From contig JBIOWP010000091.1 in the NCBI GenBank assembly GCA_044868695.1, forward strand, positions 1 through 14,933: a stretch of DNA of 14,933 nucleotides, in the 5' to 3' direction. Below are positions 7,302 through 14,933 of this stretch, in pieces. Position 1 is the stretch's first letter. Every line of letters begins with the position of its first letter. The notes beneath the pieces were generated by a model, which had not been told where the DNA came from, did no database searches, and worked only from the letters and a program-made list of their open reading frames with translations. The translations under genes and the position numbers were made by a program. This DNA comes from a bacterium (GTDB taxonomy: Bacteria > Sysuimicrobiota > Sysuimicrobiia > Sysuimicrobiales > Kaftiobacteriaceae).

Positions 7302-8442
7302 AGAGTGCCAGGATGTCGCTGTATGTCGTGGCCCGCGGGTTCACGAGGATATTGCCGCTCTTCATCGCGTCCTCCGCCATCCGGGGAATCCCCTCGCGGC
7401 TCACGCCCACGTCACGCAACCGTTCGGGAATCCCCACGTCCCGGGACAGCCGCCGGACGGCGTCCACCGCGGCCTCCGATGCCTCGCGCGCCGACCGTCC
7501 GGTGACGCGTTCTCCCAGCGCCTCCGCCAGTTGCGGGTAGGTCTCGTAGCACGCGACGAGGTTCCAGGCCATGACAGACGGCAGCAGGATGGCGTTGGCC
7601 ACCCCATGTGGCACGTCAAAGTGCGCCCCCAGCGGATGGGACATCGCGTGGACGTTGCCCAGGCGGGTGCGGGTGAATGCCATCGCCGCCATCGTGGACG
7701 CCAGCAGCATCGTCGTCCGCGCGCCGACGTCCTTGCCGCTCGCGTATGCGGTGCGCAGTGAGCGCCCGATGAGCCGTACCGCTTCCAGGGCCAGGGTCTT
7801 GGCGATGGGGTTGTGGACGGTATTTACGTAGCACTCGATGGCGTGGGTCAGCGCGTCCATCCCCGTTGCCGCGGTCAGCGGCTGGGGCATCGACAGGGTC
7901 AGCTCCGGGTCGCACAGGGCCACCTGCGGGACGATATGCGGACTCCCCACGGTCATCTTGAACTTGCGTTCACGGTTGGTAATCACCGCGAAGATCGTGA
8001 CCTCGCTCCCGGTCCCGGCGGTCGTGGGAATCGCCACCACCGGCACTCCCGGCCCCGGCACTTTCCCGATCCCTTCGTAGTCGAGCACCGTGCCTCCGTG
8101 GGCGGCCAGGACGGCGACCACCTTGCCGACGTCCATCGCGCTCCCGCCGCCGGCGGCCACCACAAAGGATGCCCGTGTCCGGCGGAAGAGGTCGTGCGCC
8201 GCGTGCACCGTCTCCACGCTGGGGTTGGGCTCGACCTGCGTGAACGAATCCGCGGCCACGCCGGCATCGTTGAGCGCGGCCAGGACACGGTCGAGGATGC
8301 CGGCCTTGACGATGCCGGGGTCAGACACCACCAGCGCGCGGGGACCCATCCCGGTCACCAGTTCGGGCAGCTTCGCCAGCGTGCCGGCCCCAAACGTCAG
8401 CCGCGTCGGCGCTTCAAAGGAAAACGGATCTGATGTGATCAC
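7285..8442 (-). CDS. Iron-containing (group III) alcohol dehydrogenase
   Basis: VEPNP, GGGSAMDVGK, IPTTAGTGSEVT, metal-ligand segments GMDALTHAIE, HAMSH and PHGVAN, C-terminal NPR. GTG start with GGAGG SD. Confidence 0.95.
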   Translation of the reverse strand: MITSDPFSFEAPTRLTFGAGTLAKLPELVTGMGPRALVVSDPGIVKAGILDRVLAALNDAGVAADSFTQVEPNPSVETVHAAHDLFRRTRASFVVAAGGGSAMDVGKVVAVLAAHGGTVLDYEGIGKVPGPGVPVVAIPTTAGTGSEVTIFAVITNRERKFKMTVGSPHIVPQVALCDPELTLSMPQPLTAATGMDALTHAIECYVNTVHNPIAKTLALEAVRLIGRSLRTAYASGKDVGARTTMLLASTMAAMAFTRTRLGNVHAMSHPLGAHFDVPHGVANAILLPSVMAWNLVACYETYPQLAEALGERVTGRSAREASEAAVDAVRRLSRDVGIPERLRDVGVSREGIPRMAEDAMKSGNILVNPRATTYSDILALFEAAY

Positions 8443-8466
8443 GCGCAGGCCTCCATCCGCGGGCCG

Positions 8467-11220
8467 CTATCCGTGCGGGTCACGTTCCCTGGTTCCCTCG
8501 CTCCCTCGTTCCCGTATTTCTCCTTTTTGCGCCGCCTTCAGCCTGGCGATGTACAGCCGGGCCGCCTGCTCCATCGACTCCGATGCTGCCGTGTCCGGCT
8601 CCACAAACGTCCAGCGGTCTGCGGCGGCGTACTGCCGTTCCTCTTCGATCTCCTCCGCCGTGGGGTCTCTGGTCACCCGGGCACGGATCGCGCCGGCCAG
8701 CGCGGCGAGATGCTGGGCGATCGCAGGCATCCTCCGCACCGCGATTTCGATCACGAACAGTCCCAGAGCGGCGCCGGCGAACGCCGGCCATGCCGGCGCC
8801 GCCGCCCGCGCCGTGCGCAGCGGTGCGACAGCCTCGGCCGGATCCTCGATGATCCGCCCACCGGTGAGCTCGGTGATGTGCGCCAGGAGCGTGCGGTTGA
8901 CCGTCAGGTCGCGCAGCTCGGAGGAGTATGGAACGACAAATCCAGCCGTCCGCATCCGCACCCGGCCGGAGGCGCGCTCGCGCGCGATCACGGTCGTCGC
9001 GTACGCGCCGGGCGCGGGCGCCGTCATGCGTCCCTCGTACCGGCCGGGAGCATTCTGCACCAGCGGCAGGCGCGCGCTCAGCGGGCCGCTGATCCCGGCC
9101 TGCACATCCAGTCCGTCCAGCGGCACTCCGTCCGGGGTCAATGCGTCCGCGATCACCGCCACGCCGTCCGCGCGGCGGTCCATGGTCACCTGCAGATCGT
9201 CCGTATCGCCCCGGGCCGTCCAGCGTACGACGCGCGACCAGAACCGGCCGCCGTCGTTCCAGCGCATCCATTCCGCAGCCCACCGGGCCGTCGCGTCCGA
9301 GGTAAACGCGGCGGCCCGGCCGATGCCATACTGCCATACCACCAGCACCGGATCTTCCTGCCCGGAGACCAGGTGGACCGCCGACGCCGGCTTGGGGGCG
9401 GTCGCGACGTACCCGCGCAGGGCCGGCAGGGCGAAGTCGTCCACGAGCCCGGTTCGTGACGGCTGCGGGACGAACCGCTCCTCGACAATGTACGCGCGCG
9501 ACGCAATCAGTGCCTCGGCGGTGAGGATCTGGGGGATCGTGTAGAGGTCGCGCGCCGCGTACCAGCGCCCACCGCCCCACCGGCCCACATTTTGCATCAG
9601 CTCAAGGTCCGCGTCGGCGCCGATCGCAACCGACGAGGTGGTGATCTTCGCCGCCGCCATCCGGCTGAGCAGCCCCTGGAAGTCGCCCGGATCGGTCTGC
9701 CCGTCGGACAGGACGATGACGTGGCGCACCTTCGCCTGCGACCGGCGCAGGTAGTCGTAGGCCAGCTGGATCGCGGGATACATGTTCGTACCGCCTCCTG
9801 CCTGGAGGCGCGACACCTGGTCCATCACCTCGTCCCGGTTGCGAGCCTCGGTCGGTACCGCCAGCCAGTGCGCGTCCTGATCAAAGGAGATGATGCCGAT
9901 GATGTCACGCTCGCCGAGCAGGTCGACGACGGACTGTGCCGTTTCCTTCGCTAGCTCCACCTTCGCAATCTGCGTGCCGAAGGCGCCCATGCTGCCGGAG
10001 GTGTCGATGACCAGGAGGATGGCCATCGATGGAATCGCAAGGCGGTGCCGCACGTCCATGGTCACGGGCAGGGCCTCTTCCAACGGGGTCCCCGCATATC
10101 CGCCCACGCCGTAGCTGTGCGGCCCGCCCACAACCACCAGACCGCCGCCCAGCACGCTGACGTAGTCGCGCAGCGCGGCCATCTGCGCCGCCGAAAGCTG
10201 CAGCGCGGGGACGTCGTCCAGCACGACCGCGGCGGCGGGCCGATACCCTGCGGCCGACGCCGGCAGCGCCTCGGGGAGGACCTGCCGGACCCGCAGCGCC
10301 TGAGCGGCGAGGAGGGGCGCCAGCGGTCCGGGCGTCCGCGCGACATACCACACCTCAGGCGTGCCGCGTACGAAGACCAGCGCCTCTGCCCGGTTGTTGC
10401 CCTCCGTCTCGTCGGGGTCGGCCGTCACGGAGGCGGCATAGCGAAGAAGACCGGAGGCGCGCGCGACCTGGTTCACCGCAATGATCGTTCGTCCCGGCCG
10501 CAGCTCCAGCCGCCGCTGCTCGATCACGGCGCTGCCTGCGGTGACGGTCACCTGCGCGGTTGCAGGGACGGTCGCCGCCACGGCGATCTTGACGGCAAAC
10601 TGCTCGCCGATCAGCACCTCGTCGGGTGCCGTGATGTCGTCGAGGAGCACTTCCTGCTGCCGCCCGGGCGACAGCGGTACCGCAGAGATGGTGACGTCCT
10701 CGCTGCGCGCGAGAGCCAGTGCATCAGCCAGTTCGCCGCGGTTGTCGTTGCCGTCGGTGAGCAGGACGATACGCCGGGCCCCCTCCGGAGGGAGCGCGCC
10801 CAGCGCCGCGCGGATCGCCTGTCCGAGATCTGTCGCCGCACCGTCGGGCCGCGCGTGAAACACCAGTTGCGGATGCTGCGCCGGGAATTCCTCGACGACT
10901 GCGCCGGAGGCAAAAGTGACGAGGCCGATGCGATCGCCCGGCCGCCGGCGGGCCGCCGCAGCGCGCACGAACTCCTCCCCGGCCTGCGCGCGGTCGGCGG
11001 GAATGCTGTCCGAACGGTCCAGCGCAAAGATGACGGTGAGGTCTCCCCCGCGGGAGGCCAGATAGGGCGAGGCGAGCCCCGTGACCAGCAGCGCCAGGAC
11101 CATCGCCCGCAGGGGCAGCGCGAGCCGGGGGAGCACGCGCCTGCGGGCCAGCCCCGCGGCGACCGGCACCAGCACCAGCAGCAGCAAGGCCGCGGGTACC
11201 GCAAACCGCACCAGGGTCAC
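8467..11220 (-). CDS. Large membrane-anchored protein with two VWA domains, Ig-like segments and a glutamine-amidotransferase-like (DUF1355-type) domain
   Basis: N-terminal TM pair; MIDAS 1 (DRSDS...TD...LLTDG); DETEGNN-type Ig strand; LGGGLVVVGGPHSYGVGGYAGTPLEEALPV; MIDAS 2 (DTSGS...GGT...LSDG); WQYGIGRAAAFTSD...FWSRVVRW; C-terminal TM. GTG start at 11220 overlaps the upstream TGA (917 aa). Confidence 0.88.
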   Translation of the reverse strand: MTLVRFAVPAALLLLVLVPVAAGLARRRVLPRLALPLRAMVLALLVTGLASPYLASRGGDLTVIFALDRSDSIPADRAQAGEEFVRAAAARRRPGDRIGLVTFASGAVVEEFPAQHPQLVFHARPDGAATDLGQAIRAALGALPPEGARRIVLLTDGNDNRGELADALALARSEDVTISAVPLSPGRQQEVLLDDITAPDEVLIGEQFAVKIAVAATVPATAQVTVTAGSAVIEQRRLELRPGRTIIAVNQVARASGLLRYAASVTADPDETEGNNRAEALVFVRGTPEVWYVARTPGPLAPLLAAQALRVRQVLPEALPASAAGYRPAAAVVLDDVPALQLSAAQMAALRDYVSVLGGGLVVVGGPHSYGVGGYAGTPLEEALPVTMDVRHRLAIPSMAILLVIDTSGSMGAFGTQIAKVELAKETAQSVVDLLGERDIIGIISFDQDAHWLAVPTEARNRDEVMDQVSRLQAGGGTNMYPAIQLAYDYLRRSQAKVRHVIVLSDGQTDPGDFQGLLSRMAAAKITTSSVAIGADADLELMQNVGRWGGGRWYAARDLYTIPQILTAEALIASRAYIVEERFVPQPSRTGLVDDFALPALRGYVATAPKPASAVHLVSGQEDPVLVVWQYGIGRAAAFTSDATARWAAEWMRWNDGGRFWSRVVRWTARGDTDDLQVTMDRRADGVAVIADALTPDGVPLDGLDVQAGISGPLSARLPLVQNAPGRYEGRMTAPAPGAYATTVIARERASGRVRMRTAGFVVPYSSELRDLTVNRTLLAHITELTGGRIIEDPAEAVAPLRTARAAAPAWPAFAGAALGLFVIEIAVRRMPAIAQHLAALAGAIRARVTRDPTAEEIEEERQYAAADRWTFVEPDTAASESMEQAARLYIARLKAAQKGEIRERGSEGTRERDPHG
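8484..8515. repeat. Four tandem degenerate octamers (GTTCCCTC) within the 3' end of the VWA gene
   Basis: gttccctg gttccctc gctccctc gttcccgt. Confidence 0.7.
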
Positions 11221-13010
11221 CGCCGCACCACGGTGGGCTGCCGCCGGGCGGCCCCGGTGCGGGGAAGCCCGCGCAGCCACAACGCCCACTCCACGAGTAG
11301 AATCATGAGTGCGGCCAACAGAAACGCCGGCGCGATGTCAGCGGCCCGGCGGGTGGACGCCCCGGCAGGGACGCCCGGGCGCGCACCGTTGGGGTATTCC
11401 GGCGCAATCACCGACTCCGCCGGCGACGGGTTCACGGCAACGCGCCGGGTGCGCCCGCCGAACGACAGCGCGTACACGCCGGCGCGCTCCAGCACAGGCA
11501 CGACGAACTGCCCTCCCCCTGCGCGCAGCTCTGTGCGGGATCCGTCTGCCATTGTCAGCAGCGCGTCCTCGTGCGGCCCGGAGGGCACGACCAGCGGACG
11601 GCCCGTCTCGTAGCCGGCGCCGATGCCGCTCAGCCAGGACAGCGCGTTGTTGAGAAAGATCGGAAACGCGATCTGCAGCGGCAGATCGGACTCGTGCAGG
11701 GCGAACCCCACTACGAGCGCCCGGATCCCGCCGCCGCTGTAGGCCCAGACCAGCGGGACTTCGCCCTCCGCCAGCACTTCGCCGCCGCGGGGCCGGAGCG
11801 CCAGCGCCCGCGCGATCGTGAGATCTCGCAGGTCCACGTAGCGCATCACCGGATGACTCCGCGACCACCGCAGCACCTGAGGGGCGCTCACGATTCCCTG
11901 CGCGTCGATCGGTAGATTCGGCGCGACCGCACCCACGAGGAGGTAGTTTCCCGGAGGCAGCTCGACGGGCGCGGTCCGGTTGAGGACGATGAGATCCGCG
12001 GACGCGATGGTCCCCGCATCGATCCCGCCGGACGTCAGGATCTGAGCGCCCGCGGCGCGCAGGCCTTCCTCGAGCACGCGGTCGCGCTCACCGGCCACCA
12101 CCACCCGGACGGCCCCCGTGTCAATGACCGCATAACCGGCATCATCCGCCGCCAGGGGATCGCGCGGGTCGATCCGCGCCACGAGGATGCCGTCACCGTC
12201 GACCCGCACGGGAATCGACACGGTGCCGCCGGCGGGAAGGTCCACGACGCGATCGACGATGTGCCGGCCGTCCAGGGTGACGCTGAGCGGCACCCGCTCG
12301 GCTGCGCGGCCGGCAGCGGAGATCTGCACGATGGCCGTCGTCCCGCGCACGGTGCGCTCCGCGCGGAGGCCGGTGATGCCGAGGTTGCGTCCGCTGACCC
12401 CCACGATGCGGTACTCCACGGCAGGCGCGGGCGCGGGTGCACGATCGGTGAACGCGATGACGCGCACCCCGCGGCCTGGGAGCCGCTGGGCCAGGGCCGT
12501 CGCCAGAGCGGGCTCCAGCCGCCCTGGCGCATCGGTCGGCCGCAGCCGGGCGAGCGCATCGCGCGCGGCGGCGGGGTCCACGAAACCGGTGACGGCGCGG
12601 GGCTGCGGTCCGGCTTCGATGATCATCACCGGCCCGCCGGTCTTGTTGACCTCGACCAGCGCCTGCGCGCGGGCCGCTTCAAACCGTGACGGGGCGACGT
12701 CGGTCGCCTGCATGCTCGCCGACGTATCAAGCACCAGCACGGTGCCAGGGCCGCCGCCGGCCGGCAGCGATAGTAACGGCCGCGCGAGCGCCAGCACCAC
12801 CATCGCTGCGATCAGCAGCTGCACAATCAACAGGAGACTGCGTTCCAGCCGCCGCACCGGCTGCTGCACGCGGAGATCCCGCAGCGCGCGCTGCCACAGG
12901 AGCGTCGAGCTGATCGGAACGTCCTGCCGCCGCGCCCGCAGCATGTATAGCAGCACGATCAGCGGCAGCACCGCAACCAGCCACAGGGCACCCGGCGCGC
13001 CGACGCTCAC
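11217..13010 (-). CDS. BatA-type N-terminal domain plus VWA domain membrane protein
   Basis: LPLIVLLYMLR...VPISSTLLW...LALARP (BatA double-TM signature), MIDAS VLDTSASM...SRFEAA...FTD, SDLPLQIAFPIFLNNALSWL, and C-terminal TM LLVEWAL. Confidence 0.9.
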   Translation of the reverse strand: MSVGAPGALWLVAVLPLIVLLYMLRARRQDVPISSTLLWQRALRDLRVQQPVRRLERSLLLIVQLLIAAMVVLALARPLLSLPAGGGPGTVLVLDTSASMQATDVAPSRFEAARAQALVEVNKTGGPVMIIEAGPQPRAVTGFVDPAAARDALARLRPTDAPGRLEPALATALAQRLPGRGVRVIAFTDRAPAPAPAVEYRIVGVSGRNLGITGLRAERTVRGTTAIVQISAAGRAAERVPLSVTLDGRHIVDRVVDLPAGGTVSIPVRVDGDGILVARIDPRDPLAADDAGYAVIDTGAVRVVVAGERDRVLEEGLRAAGAQILTSGGIDAGTIASADLIVLNRTAPVELPPGNYLLVGAVAPNLPIDAQGIVSAPQVLRWSRSHPVMRYVDLRDLTIARALALRPRGGEVLAEGEVPLVWAYSGGGIRALVVGFALHESDLPLQIAFPIFLNNALSWLSGIGAGYETGRPLVVPSGPHEDALLTMADGSRTELRAGGGQFVVPVLERAGVYALSFGGRTRRVAVNPSPAESVIAPEYPNGARPGVPAGASTRRAADIAPAFLLAALMILLVEWALWLRGLPRTGAARRQPTVVRR

Positions 13011-13888
13011 TGGAAGAGCCCCCCGAGCCGGAGGTACCGGAGGACGAGGTCTTCAAACGGGATCGAGGTCGTAGTCCGCACGTAATCGATCTGGTGGCGC
13101 AGGCAGAACTCCTCCACATCGCCGAGATAAGCGTCGCGGGTCCGCGCGTACACGTCCAGGGCCGGGCCGTCGACGCTCACGTCGACGGCGTCGTGCGTCT
13201 CCACATCCACCAGCCGCGCGTCGCCCCGCACCAGCGGGGCCAGCTCGTCTTCACTGAGGACGTGGATGACGAACGGATCGAAGTGGTGGTACCGCGCCAG
13301 TTTCAGGCCGTCCTCATAGCCGTCGGGATAGAGGAGATCGCTGACGATGACCAGCAGGCCGCGCCGCCTGGTCTGATGCGCGTACTCCCACATCGCGCGG
13401 GCCAGGCTGCTGGCCGCTCCTTCCGCCTGGGCCGACCCTGACAGGAAGTCGAAGAGCCGGAAGATGTGGCCGCGCCCGCGGTGCGGCGGCAGCACATGCT
13501 GCACGTGCTCGCCGAATATCACGGCGCCGACCCGGTCGAGACTGACCAGCCCAACGTAGCCGATCGCCGCCGCGATCCGGATGGCATAGTCCAGTTTCCT
13601 GGGATCGCCCCAGGCCATCGACCCGCTCGTGTCCACGAACAGGTGGACGTTGATGTCCTCGTCCTCGCTGAACAGCTTGATGAACAGGCGGTCGAGCCGG
13701 GAGTAGATGTTCCAGTCGATGTGCCGGTAGTCGTCGCCGATCTGGTAGCTGCGGTAGTCCGCAAACTCGACCCCGCGGCCCAGCGTGCGGCTGCGGCGCT
13801 CTCCCCGGAGCCCGGCCCGCACCGGCCGGCGCGCGTGGAGGCCAAGACTGTCCAGCTTGCGGAGGAAGTGAGGATCGAGCAGCGTCAC
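13007..13888 (-). CDS. DUF58 domain protein (VWA-like, MoxR-associated)
   Basis: GERRSRTLGRGVEFADYRSYQIGDDYRHIDWNIYSR...LFIKLF; VDTSGSM MIDAS-like motif; IVSD. Confidence 0.95.
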   Translation of the reverse strand: MTLLDPHFLRKLDSLGLHARRPVRAGLRGERRSRTLGRGVEFADYRSYQIGDDYRHIDWNIYSRLDRLFIKLFSEDEDINVHLFVDTSGSMAWGDPRKLDYAIRIAAAIGYVGLVSLDRVGAVIFGEHVQHVLPPHRGRGHIFRLFDFLSGSAQAEGAASSLARAMWEYAHQTRRRGLLVIVSDLLYPDGYEDGLKLARYHHFDPFVIHVLSEDELAPLVRGDARLVDVETHDAVDVSVDGPALDVYARTRDAYLGDVEEFCLRHQIDYVRTTTSIPFEDLVLRYLRLGGLFQ

Positions 13889-14874
13889 TGCGTGTGCGCT
13901 CCCTCCAGCTCCGGCGTCTCCTCCAGCACGTTGCGGACGATGGCATCGGGGTCGATGCCCTCGGCCTCGCCTTCAAAGTTGAGGATGAGGCGGTGACGCA
14001 GCGCGGGCATGGCCAGCGCACGGAGATCGGCAAACGCCACGTTGGCGCGCCCCGCGATGAGCGCGCGCACCTTCGCGGAGAGGATCAACGCCTGTGCGCC
14101 GCGCGGGCTGCTGCCGTACCGGACGTACTTCCGGGCCATCGAGGCGCCGCCGGCGTGATCGGGGTGTGTGGCCTGGATGATCCTCGCCACGTAGGCCTTG
14201 ACGTGGGACGCCACCTCCACCTCGCGCGCCAGCCGCATCATCTCCAGGATCTGCGCCGCCGGCGCGACGACCCGCGCCTGCGGGACGGCGGGTGCGGTGG
14301 TGCGGTCGATGATCTCGACGAGATCGGCTGCGCCGGGAAACTCGACCCGCAACTTGAACAGAAAGCGATCCAGCTGCGCCTCGGGCAGCGGATATGTGCC
14401 TTCCATCTCGATCGGGTTTTGGGTCGCGAGCACGAAGAACGGCTCCTCCAGCGGATACGACGCGCCGGCCGCGGTGACCGCGTGCTCCTGCATGGCTTCC
14501 AGCAGCGCGGACTGTGTTTTGGGCGTGGCGCGGTTGATCTCGTCGGCCAGCAGGATCTGAGAGAAGACCGGGCCGCGCTGGAACTCGAAATACCGGCGGC
14601 CTCCCGCGTCCTGCATGACCATGTTGGTCCCGATGATGTCGGCCGGCATCAGGTCGGGCGTAAACTGGATACGCGAAAAATCCAGCTCCAGCGCCTGGGC
14701 TATCGTCTTGACGAGCAGCGTCTTGCCCAGTCCTGGGACGCCCTCCAGGAGCACGTGCCCACCCGCCAGCAGGGCGACCAGCACATCGTCGATCAGCTCG
14801 TGGTGGCCGACGATGACCTGGCGGACTTCCTGGCGGATGCGATCAAACGTTGCCGCGAACTCTTCCGGCGTCAT
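13885..14874 (-). CDS. moxR: MoxR-family AAA+ ATPase (MoxR-proper type); alternative start at 14916
   Basis: Walker A GVPGLGKT, RIQFTPDLMPADIIG, Walker B LLADEINR, TQSALLEAMQE, ATQNPIEMEGTYPLPEAQLDRF, SPRG, LRHRL. The ATG at 14874 has an AGGGGG SD. Confidence 0.96.
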   Translation of the reverse strand: MTPEEFAATFDRIRQEVRQVIVGHHELIDDVLVALLAGGHVLLEGVPGLGKTLLVKTIAQALELDFSRIQFTPDLMPADIIGTNMVMQDAGGRRYFEFQRGPVFSQILLADEINRATPKTQSALLEAMQEHAVTAAGASYPLEEPFFVLATQNPIEMEGTYPLPEAQLDRFLFKLRVEFPGAADLVEIIDRTTAPAVPQARVVAPAAQILEMMRLAREVEVASHVKAYVARIIQATHPDHAGGASMARKYVRYGSSPRGAQALILSAKVRALIAGRANVAFADLRALAMPALRHRLILNFEGEAEGIDPDAIVRNVLEETPELEGAHTQ

Positions 14875-14933
14875 CGGACCCCCCTGACTGCTGACGCGTT
14901 CCCGCGTTCCCGTCATTTCATCTGCGCCAGCCG

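Noticed and set aside
8480..9580. 366 aa minus-strand alternative-frame ORF inside the VWA gene
   Set aside because: Arg/Gly-rich off-frame reading with no recognisable domain; the main frame is uninterrupted.
11221..11289. N-terminal extension of the large VWA ORF
   Set aside because: It lies within the upstream gene; the GTGA overlap at 11220 matches the pattern of the other junctions.
2..14887. Long plus-strand ORFs (e.g. 1948-3147, 3863-4936, 6078-7505, 8090-9544, 10045-11613)
   Set aside because: They are antisense to well-recognised genes, rich in Arg/Ala/Gly/Pro, carry no motifs, and are expected in high-GC DNA.
14875..14916. 14 aa N-terminal extension of MoxR
   Set aside because: It is partly encoded by the octamer repeat and the ATG at 14874 has an SD-like run. 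Not fully excluded, because ATG 14916 could be coupled to an upstream gene outside the window.

Overview
A GC-rich bacterial chromosomal region in which all supported genes lie on the minus strand; the many plus-strand ORFs are antisense shadows. In transcription order (right to left) it contains four blocks. (1) A MoxR AAA+ ATPase, a DUF58 protein, a BatA/VWA protein and a large double-VWA membrane protein, joined by three identical GTGA overlaps. (2) An iron-containing alcohol dehydrogenase and a LarA-superfamily (DUF2088/DUF362-like) protein. (3) MTA phosphorylase (mtnP), a small membrane protein, low-specificity threonine aldolase (ltaE) and an orphan RsbW-like protein with an extra C-terminal domain. 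(4) A sigma70/sigmaA promoter and an L20-leader attenuator driving infC (non-canonical ATC start), rpmI and rplT, which run directly into ktrB and ktrA (partial). Non-coding structure beyond the genes includes an inverted heptamer-repeat hairpin between rpmI and rplT, with a remnant before ltaE. There are also GTTCCC octamer repeats bracketing the MoxR block, two matching AGGG-N17-GAA (sigmaH-like) motifs, and a 12-bp palindrome inside the infC promoter. No mobile element, CRISPR array, rRNA or tRNA was seen. The region is mostly housekeeping and conserved systems; the most open questions are the MoxR/VWA block with its downstream enzymes and the repeat hairpin.
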